From the human T2T-CHM13v2.0 reference genome, Homo sapiens: 64,000 bases of DNA. A program made the position numbers and the translations under genes. The DNA lies in NCBI RefSeq assembly GCF_009914755.1, contig NC_060940.1, one strand, 5' to 3'. Positions within the stretch are counted from its first letter, which is position 1; each line of letters opens with the position of its first letter. Of this stretch, positions 37,593-50,611 are shown piece after piece. Below the pieces are notes generated by a model that worked only from the letters and a program-made list of their open reading frames with translations, did not search any database and was not told the DNA's origin.

Positions 37593-38639
37593 ACAGTGAC
37601 AGTAGGGCCAGGGTTCTGGCTTGTATCTGAGCCACAAGACCTGGAAGCAGGACTGGCCGCAAGATCTTTATTTTTTATTTTTGAATCCTCCTGGCCTCCC
37701 CCTAGAAGCGCCATGTCAGAGAGGTGAACAGACTTCATGTCCCACTGGCCCCGGGCCCCGGGTGGGGGCACGAGGTGGGCTGGCCCTGAGCTCCAGCTAC
37801 CCCACACAGGCCGTGGGATCCCCTGTGTACCAAGGGGAGACTGAGGTGGACACGGCCCTCACGAGAGCCGGGCCGCGGGCGGCACCTGCTGGGGCGTGGC
37901 CGGGGGACACCAGGGCCTGACCAGACGTCATGGACAGGGGCCGTAGGCCTGGTGGGGGCAAGGGTGGGGATGCTGCGGCGTTTCTCTGCCTGACCCTGAT
38001 CCTCAGTTAAGCAAGGGTGGCTGAGGCTGGGGGCATCTGTTGGTAATAAGCAGGCGCACTGTGTCCCCAAAGACTGGGAGGGGTGGAGTCCGCAGCAAGT
38101 TAAAAGAAGGGAAGGGAAGGGCCGCTAACGAACTGCAAACGACGCCAGATGGGCCCAGGCTCCTGCCACTCCAGAAGCTTCTCTTTTGTCACCATCTGGG
38201 AGCATGAGCACAGCAGGGCGTGGGAGGGGGCGGAGGAAGGCGGGAGGAGGGATGGAGCGATAGAGGAGGGAGGGCAGGAGGAAAGGAGGGGGTGGTGGGA
38301 GGGAGGGAGGACTGGGGCAGCGGAGGGAGGGAGGGCAGGAAAAAGCAGAGGAGGCAGGGGCGGGAGGGAGGGAGCGAGGGTGGGAACAGAGGTGGGTGTG
38401 ATGTGGGGTCCCCTTGGGGAGGGACTGAGGGGAATGAGGGTCTGACCCTGTAAGTGCCCTGGGACGACCAGGGCGTTTGGAATTTGACAGACCTAGGTTT
38501 GAGCCCTGGCGCCCTCTCTCCACTACCTGGGGGGAACCCAGAGCCTCAGTTTCCCCACCTGTTAATCAGGAACATGGCAGTGCCTACACTACACCTTGAC
38601 AGAGGCCAACAGGTCTGTGAGAGACCTTCCTGAAGCACT

Positions 38640-39082
38640 CCTCCTCCTCCAGGGACGACACCCCGCGATTCCTCCTCCTCCAGGGACACTTCAAATCCCT
38701 GGACGACGCCCCGCGATTCCTCCTCCTCCAGGGACGACGCCACGCGATTCCTCCTCCTCCAGGGACACTTCAAATCCCTGGACGATGCCCCGCGATTCCT
38801 CCTCCTCCAGGGACACTTCAAATCCCTGGACGACGCCCCGCGATTCCTCCTCCTTCAGGGACGACGCCCCGCGATTCCTCCTCCTCCAGGGACGACGCCG
38901 TGCGATTCCTCCTCCTCCAGGGACGACGCCCCGTGATTCCTCCTCCTCCAGGGGACGTTTCAAATCCCTGGACGATGCCCCGCGATTCCTCCTCCTCCAG
39001 GGGACGTTTCAAATCCCTGGACGATGCCCCGCGATTCCTCCTCCTCCAGGGGACGTTTCAAATCCCTGGACGATGCCCCGCG
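38640..39082. repeat. Two-variant CpG-rich minisatellite (31-bp and 48/49-bp units, 11 copies)
   Basis: CCTCCTCCTCCAGGGA[CACTTCAAATCCCTGGA]CGACGCCCCGCGATT. Confidence 0.95.
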
Positions 39083-39587
39083 TGAATCTAGAACATGCCT
39101 CACCTCCCTGTAGTCCCCGCTACCTGGGAGGCTGAGGTGGAAGATTCCCCTGAGCCCGGGAGTGAGGCCCCGTTCTTTCCGCGTGTCCCTCCACGCTGTC
39201 TCCTCAACAGCCTGAGGATGATTCCATTTTGCAGATACAGAAACCGAAGCACAGAGGAACTGGCCTCACCCAGGGGCCAACAGCTGCTAAGTGGCAGGCT
39301 CGGGCTCAAGCCAGGGAGCATCTGGTCTGGTCTGTCCTCTGGACCCCCGAGGGGAGGCCTGGCCCAGCAGAGATGGAGCCCACAGCAGTACGGGCAGTGC
39401 TCAGGCTGGGCCCGAAGGTGTGGCCAGGCTGGCAGCTCCCAACTAAGCTCCACGGAACCCTGACCCCAACACGTGCTCGGCAGAGAAGGTCACATGGTCA
39501 GACACATTTGGGGAACCTTTCCTCAGCTCCTGCTAGAGATGTGCAGCCGTCTTGGGGAAATGGAGACCCGCAGAGATGGCAGTCTGA

Positions 39588-39925
<338 letters not shown>

Positions 39926-40836
39926 GGCATCTTTAAAAATGCAGGCTCTGATTCAGCAGGTTTGGGCCGGGCCGAGAGCCTGCAAAGCTGACAAGCCCCG
40001 CGTGCTGCCACCCTGGTCCACGGTTGATCTGGGTGTGACCATCTGACCTGCTTTCACCTGACACCTCTTCATCCATCGGCCTGCGCAGCCACAGAAGCCC
40101 CTTCCCGCCTGTCTACCGCCCTCACCTCCCGCCCTCACCTCTGCTCTCTCCACCCCACGTATTCTGTTCCAGTCACACTGACCCCTCTGCTGTTCCTCAA
40201 GCACAGCGGGCGCCCCATACCTCAGGGCCTCTGCACGTGCAGTTACTGCTGTCTGGAAAACCCTGCGCTGGCTCTGCACCTAGCTCCGCCCTCATCCTCA
40301 GCCCTCACCAACACGCCTCCAAGCAAAGGACTTTCGGAATACTTCTCCACCACGTGCAGCTGCAGATTTGAGAGTGGCTGTGGACCGAACGCCTTCCCAC
40401 CCCAGGGTGCTGGCTCCAGGAGGGACCTGCTGCATGTCCTGGGCCCTATCCCCGAGCCTTGCCCCCACACTGGCACGTCGTCAGTGCTCAAAAATCACCC
40501 GTGGAGTGAGCGAGCACATTCGGCCAACGGCAACCAGAGGCGAACCGGACAGCTCTGTCCTGTGCTGGATTTAAGGGCTGATAATCATCCGGTCTGGCAA
40601 CTAATTTTCAGGCCTTAACTAGTAGGAGTCAACCCTGACTAGTCAGCAGTGCTCCCCTAGGGTACCACAGGGTCCCAGGTTGGCCAAGATCGATGCCTCA
40701 CACCTCTTCATCCACCTGCCTATCTGGCCACTTAAGCCCCTTCCCGCCTGTCCACCGCTGTCCACGCTGGCAAGGAGTGGGATTAAGGGGCCTTCTAGGG
40801 AGGCTCCCGCAGCACGGGGGACGGGTTTCGCATTAC

Positions 40837-40926
40837 CTTCAGGAAGGGAATGACAAACGGCCGCAGAGGGAAGTTGGTGGCCTCCTGAAGCTTGGAATGA
40901 AACTCCTCGATCGTCAATGTCGAGTT
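40837..40926 (-). CDS. CBFA2T3: CBFA2T3 exon 5 (NHR1/TAFH)
   Basis: Hand translation [30 protein letters not shown]; acceptor CTGCAG, donor AAG|GTAATG. Confidence 0.96.
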
Positions 40927-41198
40927 CTGCAGGGGAGAAAACCCACCTCACATCAGCACCGCTCGGCATGTGAGCCAGCGCCGACCCACCCATGCCTGAG
41001 GAGGAGGCTTCCGTGTTGGAGGCAGGCAGGCAGCCCAGGAGCTGGGCACGGCCTGAGAGGGTGCAGGTGGCATCGTGGGAGCGGGTCCACGCCCGGTTGT
41101 CAGCGTGGAGCCCATGTAAGGAGTGGCCGTGGCTGCAACCTCATTAAACGGAGGGAATATGCATGTCCCAAGGCCCCGGCTGTCCCTGCCCAACTCAC

Positions 41199-41440
41199 CA
41201 CCAGGCCCAGCACCAGTGTGCGCACGCGCTCCCCAATCTCTGGGGAGATGTCGCTGCCAAACTGCTGCAGTGTGGTGAGGAAGCGCTTGAGCTTGCTGAG
41301 CTGCCGGGCCCCGCAGGCTGGGGGCAGGTGCTGTGTGGACAAGGAGGCTGTGGACGAGGTGGCCGGGCCATTGCTGAAGCCGTTGGGTGTGCACGGTGCA
41401 CCATTGATGGCTGTTGGTGAGTGGCTGCTGCCGTTCATCA
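41199..41440 (-). CDS. CBFA2T3: CBFA2T3 exon 4 (start of NHR1/TAFH)
   Basis: [13 protein letters not shown]...[38 protein letters not shown]; acceptor CTGCAG, donor GTG|GTGAGT. Confidence 0.97.
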
Positions 41441-42117
41441 CTGCAGGAGGGAAGCGGACATGAGGACACAAAGGTGATGGTGACAACACAACCCAGACGG
41501 CGGCGACAGTGAGGGAAGCAGCGACTAAGGTGACAATGTCAAAAGTGACGGCAACAATGATGAGACACAAGGACAGTAGCGCTGAGGATGACAGCAGGAG
41601 CCCTGGGCCCGCCCAGGGCAGCTGAGCTGGCCCTTAGCATGCTGACCATCTGTCCTTCCGGCCCTGCTCTGAGAGGTCACACACACCCCCTTACAGACCT
41701 GGAAATGGATTCCCAGGGAGGTGAAGCCTCTTTGCCCCAGGTCCCCAATGGGTAAGGGCTGGGATGGCACCCACAATGGTGGTGGCCGTGGAATGACTGC
41801 GTTCTGAGTGTGGCTTCTCCTGCCTGGCACCACTCTTGGGACTTGCTCTGGGGCTGAAGTCAGGCCCTTCACACCCAGCAGGGGTGCGGCCCCTACGCCT
41901 GGCCTGGGAGACACCAACCCTACCAGGCTGGCTCAGGTTTTCACTGTGAACAGGGAGCAAGGGGCTTCTCCACACGTCGGGGGCTTGATGGCTCACTTCC
42001 CACTTTCTGGAGGCACAGGAGACTTGGAAAATGAGAAGTCGCTCATCCCCCGAAAGGCCAGCTACCATCACCTCTGGCATGATGTTCCCAAGCAATACCC
42101 CCACCCCCAATCAGGCA

Positions 42118-42427
42118 TCTCCCAGCCCTGAGCAATGTCCCCACAACAGGTGCCTCCCAGCCCTGAGCAATGTGCCTCCCCACACACAGGCGCCTCCCAG
42201 CCCTGAGCAATGTGCCTCCCCACACACAGGCGCCTCCCAGCCCTGAGCAATGTGCCCCCCCCGACACACAGGTGCCTCCCAGCCCTGAGCAATATGCGCT
42301 GCAGGTGCTTTCCAGCAGAGCAATGTCCCTCCTACAAGTGTCTCCCAGCCCTGAGCAATGTCCCAGACAGGTGACTCCCAGCCATGAGCAATGTCCCAGA
42401 CAGGTGACTCCCAGCCATGAGCAATGC
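42118..42427. repeat. Variable 33-42-bp minisatellite x~9
   Basis: Core CTCCCAGCC(C/A)TGAGCAATG repeated from 42119 onward. Confidence 0.92.
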
Positions 42428-43100
42428 CTTCATTTGCACACAGCCCCAACGCCTGCTAATGGGGTTCCAGGGGGCAGAGGAGCTGGGACACCCAAGGACA
42501 CACTGGGTGGGTTCCTGCCCCTGGCGGCTGGACACGCAGATGCCCGTGCACACAGGCCAGTGCATGTTGAGGACAAGCAGGTGACATAAGGAACAGCTGA
42601 TGAGCGCGCTGCAGGGCCGCCTGTTGGCCACTGAGACGTGACTGCCTGGCTGGCCCTGCTATTGGGGTCAGTGTTCCAGGGGCCTGGCAGACATGGGGCT
42701 GCTATGGAAAGTCCCAGGGCCGGGCCTCACCCCTTTTCTCAGGTGACAGAGCTAAGGCCAAGCCTCTTGCAAGGCGGCCAGCGCACCCCTCCTGCGCCTG
42801 GGACACCCGCACCCCGTGCCCTTGGCCTCAGGAGCCTGAGGGGCGGCCTCCAGGCTCTGAAGGCAGGTCAGAGGTCACAGGGCTCCCAAGTCCCTTGCTG
42901 ACAGGGGAGGGGGACTGGATGCCTCTGGGAGGCCTGAAGTCCTGGCCAGCTCCTTCTGTCAGGAGGACTGAAGCCCCGCACACACTCACGGCTGGCTCCC
43001 GCCTCCTGCAGAAGGACACGCTCCCTACAAAGGGTACCAACTCCCCTGCCCTCAGAGCGAGCCCTCCATTTCCCTGCCTCCACTCACCCCCCACCACCCT

Positions 43101-43586
43101 TACACACATGCACGCACACATGCACACACACATGCATACATATACACATGCACACAATGTACACACATGCACGCACACATGCACACACACATGCATACAT
43201 ATACACATGCACACAATGTACACACATGCACGCACACATGCACACACACATGCATACATATACACATGCACACAATGTACACACATGCACACACACATGC
43301 ACACACACATGCATACATATACACATGCACACAATGTACACACATGCACACACACATGCACACACACATGCATACATATACACATGCACACAATGTACAC
43401 ACATGCACGCACACATGCATACATATACACATGCACACAATGTACACACATGCACACACACATGCACACACACATGCATACATATACACATGCACACAAT
43501 GTACACACATGCACACACACATGCACACACACATGCATACATATACACATGCACACAATGTACACACATGCACACACACATGCACG
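43101..43586. repeat. 59-bp higher-order (CA/TG/TA) minisatellite x~8
   Basis: CAATGTAC recurs at 43155, 43214, 43273, 43332, 43391, 43438, 43497, 43556. Confidence 0.95.
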
Positions 43587-46500
43587 GCTATGATGTACAC
43601 GCTCGTCTCTCTTGCTCCACTGTGGCCCCAAGTGCCCCTCTCCAGGGGATCCACCCCTCACCCGTGCTGAGAGTGTGGGTCTACGGGTGGGGGGCAGCTC
43701 AGAGCCACCTGCTCCCTCAGGGCCGAATTCCTCCGAGGCCCCAGCCGTGTGTTCGCACCTGTGGCTGAGACCTGGCGGGGCCTGTGTGCGCCGAGGAGGA
43801 GGGGAAAACCCTTTCTACAGGATGGAGACGCCCCTGGGCTGGGCTGGTGCAGCGGCTCCCCCTGGGCAGCCGGCAGGCACCAGCTGTTTCCTTCCTGTGC
43901 CCTGGATGGTGGGGGGTCTTGGTGTACCCTTCAGATCAGGCCAGCCCTGCCCATCCTGACCTGGCCCCTGGGAGGTGACCCCTGCTGAGTGTTGTGGCCT
44001 CTGTCTGGACGGGAGGGAACATGGGACGTGGGGACCTACATGCCGGCCCCCCTTTCTGGGCTGCGTCCCCACAGCTGGGGCTCCGGCTAGGCCAGGCCTC
44101 CCTTTCTACCCGCTCCTGCAGGCCTGGACTGGAAGGGGCCGCACCCTCCAGAGGGCACTGACCAGCCCGTACCTCCAACAAGGCCCTTCTGAGGGGTCAG
44201 GCCCTCTCTAAGTGTCCCTCCAGTAACCTTTAGGTGGCCGCCATCAGCTTCCTCCACTCCGCCTTCCCAGAAGCCGCCTGAGGCTCCCACCTTCCCGACC
44301 CGTGGTCTAGTGGCACCTGCGAAGTGCGCCCGGGTCAGGAAGCTGTGCTGTGGCCCGGGCTGGGCTCTACACCTGCACACAGGCTGCGCGGTTATCACAC
44401 ACATCCCATGCGGCAAATGGGCTCCGAGGAACCGAAGACACACAGCAGGGCAGCCCGGCTCCCCCAGATTGCCTCCCGTCCCCGGCAGGCCCCACACACC
44501 GAGCAAACAGCGCTGGGCACAGTGGCACAGGGGGGAGGCCGGCCCTGTGCTCTGGATGTTCTTGGTGGAGCGGGGGGAACAGGTGTGCCCACGACTGCCT
44601 CCCCCGGGGCCCAGCGCTCACTCTGCTCTCACTCCAGCCTGGGCCTCACAGATACCCACTGCAGGGGCTGTGGGAGGCCAGGAGGGCGGGGGATGCTACA
44701 GAGGCCCTCAGACACACCAGCGTGGTGAGGAAGTACAGACAGACACGGCCCTGTCCTCGAGGGCTGGGGGAAGCTGCCCTGGTTAGGAGTGAGGACCGGC
44801 CGCCAGGCCCAGACATGCCCTGTGAGTCAGACTCGGCGCCTAGCCTCAGTTTCTTCATTTGCAAATGGCTCCCAACCCATCCTGGAGTTCCAAGTGGGGC
44901 TCCAGGGACCAGAGGACAGCATGGCAGTGACCTCCTTTGTACTGTGTGTCCCCAGCCAGAGTCGCTCAGGCCTGACCTGGGCTTCCCCAGCCTCTCCTGC
45001 GCTGCCCAAGTCAGCCCCCCAGGGTTGCTCCATCCTGACTGGTTTTATGGGTCGGGTGTTGTGTGAGGCTGTTGGCAATAAACAGCCCCCACACCTAGTG
45101 GAATTCTGGAAACCACTAATCGCAGGTCAGATATGGCACAAAACCTTGAGTGCACGCGTGGCCTCAGACTTTCCCTACGGGGGGGCTGCAGGATTGAGAC
45201 ATCTCTGTTGCTGGGGCCGCGAACCTCCACACGCTGTTCTGAGCGGCTGCTCCCCTCAACCGGGCAACCTGCACAGGGGGTAGCCTGTCTGCGCCCCTGG
45301 CTTGAACGATCTTAGCAGCGCCTTCCTGGGCTCAGGATGGACGCACCGGCCCTCTGGAGCGCGTGGCACCGATAACGGCGTCGTATTCTGGGGCTTTCCC
45401 TCTTCTGGGGGGACAGTGGACGCTGATGCAGGATGCACCGAGCCCCTGGTCTCTCACCTTCTGAGCCTCTGTCCGGAGGACCCCACCGCGCTGCCGAGTT
45501 TCCCTCTCAATGGTGAGCTCCATGTGGCCACACGGTGGACTGTGACACACACACCCCTTCAAGACTGAGGATAGCCACTTGCGGTCACCCAGCCAGGCCA
45601 GGAGATGGCCCGTCACCATGGGAGACCTCACTGCAGCGGGAGGCTGGTTTCTCCAGAACACGAGGGACTGTCGTCAGGACTGTGGACCTTCCAGCAGCTT
45701 CTCAGACGTGCCACAGTGCACGCCGGGGCCCCTGCCCACCGCCCCGGCCGGCCTGGGCCTGGCCCTCCCTTAGGTGCGCTTACCAGCCTTGCCCCGGGTG
45801 CCTGGTCCTTCCGGCGGCCTGCTCGCCCTCGCCTGCCCGCGCACTCCCTCCCGCGCTGCTGGGCAGTCTCAGCAGCTAAAGAGACGCCAAAAATAACCCC
45901 GGCACAAGCGCTTTCATTCCCACGACAGGTGTGTTCCTAAGTTAGACCGCACACGTGTCCCCAGCTGAGGATTGGGGGCACACGCGAGCACCCCCGCGGC
46001 TCCCCCAGCCTCAGAGCCTTGGTGGGGGGGTCAGATGCGACAGAGGCACCCTAACGCAGCCCCTCCTGTCACCCCTGCTCCTTGCTGTGGGGGCTCCGGG
46101 ATCTGGGATTCACCAACTTTGCCATCCATAAGATCACAGAGTGGATGACAAGAGCCACTGTCCAGGAGCTGCACGCCAGGCGCGAGTGCGTGGCCAGGCC
46201 CATCACAGAATAATGGCTGTGAAAAGGACAGCCCTGTGCAACAGAAACAACGCACAGTTGTTCTGCTGCCCTCGTTCTTAGAGCCGGGAGTGCCACGACA
46301 GCCACACCTGGGCCATGCTGCCAGGCTGGCTGGTAGTGATGGACCGGAGTCTGTCTGATGGGCTCAAGCATGGCTGCACTCAGTGGTTGACAAAAACTAT
46401 AAACACCACCTGGTAAGAGCCCATGCTCCCTGAACGCCCGCCATGGGCCATGCATGTTGACAGAAACGTCTGCTGGTGACTCAAGTCTGCTGAGCTCTCA

Positions 46501-47032
46501 GCATGTGCCCGGCCCCACCATCTGACGGCTCCTGGAGATCACCATTGGCACTAGGGGCCATGATGACTTCCATTTTACAGGTGGGGAAACTGAGGCACAG
46601 GGGGTGGTACCTGGCCAAGGTCACCCTGGCAGGAACAGTTGCAGCTGGGACTCCAGGTAGGTGGGGTCTGCCCTAGCAATAGCTGAGCTACAGGCTGGCC
46701 AGGGACAGTGTCTCGCCCCTCCCCTCGGCACTCGCAGTCAGCCCCATTGGCCATGTTTTGCTGCTGGGGAAGGAGAGCTCAGAGAGGCTCTGCTCCTGCC
46801 TAAGGCCCCGCAGCTTGGAGCGGAGGGTCTGTGGGATGCAGCGACCCGGCGGCTCTGCCCTCCTGCGCCCTCTTCTCCCTAAGGAGGCAAGACCAACACA
46901 ACAGAGGCAATGCTGAGGGTGCGGAGGCCGGGGAGGAGAGCTGAGCGCCCCCAGGGCAGCAGTGTTGGGCCAGCTGAGGATGCTGCGGTGAAGACCTCTG
47001 GGGAGGCCTGCGGTTTTTGTTATTTTACTTAC

Positions 47033-47107
47033 AGAGACAGACCATAGACCATTTTAAGCAGCCATGAAAACGGCCGTGGGGCAGCGTCGCAGGCCCGTCC
47101 TCTCGAT
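47033..47107 (-). CDS. CBFA2T3: CBFA2T3 cassette exon 3 (75 nt, frame-preserving; MTG16a)
   Basis: Hand translation (H)[24 protein letters not shown](L); acceptor TTACAG, donor T|GTAAGT; phase 1-1 fits exons 2 and 4. Confidence 0.85.
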
Positions 47108-47141
47108 CTGTAAGCAAAATAAGAAGAACACGCTGTCAGGA

Positions 47142-47367
47142 GGGGCGTGGGCAGGAGACTCTGCCCTCAGGGGCGCCCGCGGCCACCTTTTCCTACTTCT
47201 CAGAGTGATTTTTGGTGGGGGCGTGGGCAGGAGACTGCCCTCAGGGGCACCCGGGCCGCCTTTTCTTGCTTCTCAGAGTGATTTTTGATTTTCGGAGGGG
47301 CCTGGGCAGGAGACTCTGCCCTCAGGGACGCCCGGGCCGCCGTTTCCTGCTTCTCAGAGTGATTTTC
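47142..47367. repeat. ~78-bp tandem repeat x3 just upstream of the exon 3 acceptor
   Basis: GGGGC(G/C)TGGGCAGGAGACT...CTTCTCAGAGTGATTTT at 47142, 47218, 47297. Confidence 0.9.
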
Positions 47368-47695
47368 TGACGGGGCTCTGTCACCACCTGGGGCCAGGCC
47401 ACTCCCCTCTCCGAGCCTCAGTTTCCTTCTCTGAGAGTGGGTGATCCCTAAGGGCCGTTCTGGCAGCACTGTTCCGGAGTCTACAAGAACCGCGGCTTCT
47501 CTATGAGCAGGGGCGGGGCCCCTTGTTTTCATCGTCCTCTTCCCAGAAGGCCCCTGTGACCCCATGAGCACCATCCTCAGGGACCTGGGCCGAAGCCGCG
47601 TGTCCTAAAAGCGACCTGAGACTCGGCTTGGAGTCTCTGAAACAAAGCCCTGGGTCGGCACTGGAGGAGGAAGCACCAAACAGGAAGAAAGATTC

Positions 47696-47828
47696 GGCTG
47701 GGCTCAGTGGCTCACGCCTGTAATCCCAGCACTTTGGGAGGCTGAGGCGGGAGGATTGCTTGAGCCCAGGAGTTCAAGACCAGCCTGGGCGACGTAGGGA
47801 GACCCAAACTCTACTATATAAAAAAAGA
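47696..47828 (+). mobile_element. Free left Alu monomer (FLAM-like)
   Basis: Single arm plus A tail, flanked by AAGAAAGATT direct repeats. Confidence 0.85.
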
Positions 47829-50458
47829 AAGAAAGATTGAATTTGTTCGAGCTGAAGTCAGTGGCGCAGGCCACAGGAAGACAGGCTCTAGTAAAGACGG
47901 GTAGTGAGTTCTCTGTCATGGGGGTAATCAAGGGCAGGATAAAGCCTTAGCCCTTTAAGCGTCCTCCCAGCTTTAGAGGAGCTTGGTCTGGGTCCCTGCT
48001 CCTTATATGCCTTCCCCCTCCCCACCCCCCACCCCACAGCAGCACCGCAGCTTCAACTCCAAGATGAATTTGCGCCCAGGGCTGTCACTGGGCAAGAGAA
48101 ACTTCGGCCCTCAAGTCTCCGTTCAGACTCAGTCTCCCATCAGCTTGGCTCAGAGGCCAGTCCCCGGGGAGGAGCCTCCCGGCAGGGCTCTGCAACTGAG
48201 CTGTGGCCCCTGAAGGGCACCCACCACCCACCAGCCAGGGGCAGGGGTGCGGCCAACCACCTGGCTTTCACGGAATTGTGTGGATTAGGGGATAAATCTG
48301 AGGCTACCTCAGGGGTGGCCAGAGCCTCAGACTGATGCTGCTGACAGCCCAGTGGGACTGAAGCATCGGCTTAGAAAAGAAAAAGCACCTGCTTATCTCT
48401 TTCATAACCTTCACGCTCCTTAAACCAGCTGGGACCTCACCCCAAAAACATGACCCCAAGGCGGGCTGGGAGTGGAGGGAGCAGGAAGGACCCCAGCCCC
48501 AGGCATGCCGGCTGCCCTCACATCCGTTCACAGGTCTCCAGAAGCAGAGCCCGACGCTCTGCTGATCCCAACCCACCTCCAGCCAGGAGCATCAGACCGG
48601 CACCTTCCAAGCAGAGGCTGCTGGTCCCCAGGGAAGAGCAGGTGGGGGAGACGCACCCTTGAGGGTCTGGGGAACCAGGCTCAGCCCACGGTGTTTGTCC
48701 CTGACAGTGGGGCCTGAGGTTGTCTGTGGAGCGGGTGTTTTAGGCACTGCGCCCATGGCCGGGTCTCCCGTGGTCCGTCCTGAGCGTTTCCTCCCCCGGG
48801 GCTGGGGTATACTGCAAATTTAACACAGCAGCGGTCTCCCTCTACCTATGTGGGCTCGGTGTGGTCGCAAGCTGCCTGGTAGAGAGACGGCCCGTGGTTT
48901 GTACCAGACCGGAGGGCTCTTCCGAAGAGAGGGAAGGGTGATCCCAGCCCGGCCACATCGCCGTGTGACAAGGACATGTGAGAAAAAGCCCAGCCAGCCT
49001 CTCACTAGAAACCGTGGCCAGCTCCGCAGAGCCAGGACCTGCACGCTGGGCCCGCCGTCCCCCAGGACCTGCAAAATCGTGAGTGCGGCGTCCCGACTCT
49101 CTGAGGCAGGGCCGGCCCCGCGGGTGCAGGGAGTAGCCGTTAGGCTGTTTGGCTCCTACTGAGTGCCGGGCACATTTCCAGCTGTACCTGCCTCTGGGCG
49201 GCACACCTGGGGGCACCCCATTGCTGGGCCACCCCATTCCCCAACCAAGTCGGGAGGCTGACTCGGAGCCAACATCCTACAAACAGGGCCGCAAATCTGC
49301 TGCCTGACCGCACAGCCAGTGCTCTCTCCAGATGGAGGGGAGATGATGGCCAAAGCCCTCGGCGGAGCAGGCCCCCAGCCTCAGCGGCAGAGCCAGGGAG
49401 GGAGCCAGGCCTGGCCTATAGCCACCCGGTGCTCTGAGGACAGTCGTGACGTAAAGGGACTGAGGAAGCAGCTCTTTCTGGCCTGTCAGGGACCCGGGGC
49501 AAGCAGGACGGAAGTCTCAGGCTCCCCGCCCAGAGAGGGGCTTCGTTTGAGTTTCAGAGCCTGGGGAGGGTCCCCCAGGTACGGGGCTTTCTGGCCGCTG
49601 CATGTGGAGGTGGTACATGGAGTCTCCCCCCTGCAGACACTGAGATGCACTCCTGAGCCCCCAGCCTTGAGGGACAGGGACGCTGCCACCCCGCCGGCCC
49701 AGCAACTGGGCCAAAGAGCACCAATGTCTGTCCTCAAAGCCAAGGCTCTGCGGGTGACTGTGATGAGAACTGGCTGTTCCCTGCCCCACAGCCTCCCAGG
49801 GCCCACCATCGGCGGCTCTGTGCGCCAAGCACGGCCAACCCCTTGCCAGGGCCAGCAAGACAAGGCCTGACAGCTTCTTGAGGTCCCACCCTTCCGGCCT
49901 CCTGTGCCAAGGCCCCCACCCTGGCCCCCGTGCTCAGCCGGGCTGTGGAGCTCCTGAGATCTGAGCCCCTCCAAGGCCAGAGCTGCCTCTGTGGTCCCTC
50001 CACGGGGCCTGTACGCAGGTGACCTGCTGTATGACCCTGCGGAAGCCCCTGACCCCATCCGAGTTCCACGTTCTCTCTGGATGAGCCTGGCATTCCTAGG
50101 CCTGCCGGACGAGGCAGGAAGCCTGAGGCACAGCGGCCGGCTTTGACCCATGGCCGGCCCTGGTGAAAGGCCTGTGTGGACTCACCTGGCCCCACCACAG
50201 CCCTGGGAGGACCTGCATTGCAGAAGAGGAAGCCCAGGCCCCCCGGAGGGCAAGGACATGACCCGGAGCTACCCAGTGGGAAGCAGGGAAGCTGGGATTT
50301 GAACCGGCCAAGCCTGGGCTCTGGGCCACACGAGCTCCTCACACTCAGGGCTCACAGAAGGTGCCCGCTGGCTCCGGGCAGGAAGCTCAGAATTTCAAAC
50401 AACACAAGGGCCTCCCCTGAAACACCTGGCCCTCGGCTGCCAGGTGGGGGCTACTTAC

Positions 50459-50611
50459 GTGTGTGTGGCGTGAAGGAGGGGGGGCGTGTGGCCCCCTGGG
50501 ATGCGGCAGGCGGTGGGGGCGGCATGCTGGGGGGTGTGGACCGGGGCTGCGTCTTCACCTCCGCTGGGGAGTCCGGCATCGCTGAGGCCTTAGCTTTCCT
50601 GTCCACTGGGG
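50459..50611 (-). CDS. CBFA2T3: CBFA2T3 exon 2 (contains the internal MTG16b start ATG at 50579)
   Basis: [51 protein letters not shown]; acceptor TCGCAG after a pyrimidine tract, donor C|GTAAGT. Confidence 0.96.

Noticed and set aside
36594-37807. Long Pro- or Gly-rich ORFs (up to 358 aa) on both strands
   Set aside because: Artefacts of the stop-free G-rich tract; open in several frames at once
38640-39082. CRISPR-like look (repeat with an internal palindrome)
   Set aside because: No unique spacers, no cas genes, and a eukaryotic intron; it is a variant-unit minisatellite
40618-40643. Small imperfect hairpin bounded by two ACTAGT
   Set aside because: Too short and imperfect to exceed chance; no RNA-gene motifs
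41441-41570. Hydrophobic in-frame extension upstream of CBFA2T3 exon 4 and an ~80-nt AG-free zone
   Set aside because: Starts at TTG in low-complexity intron sequence; a normal branch-like CTCAT lies ~20 nt from the acceptor
42828-43768. Cys/Val/His/Met-rich ORFs
   Set aside because: Translations of the CA/TG minisatellite; the same applies to 30499-31538
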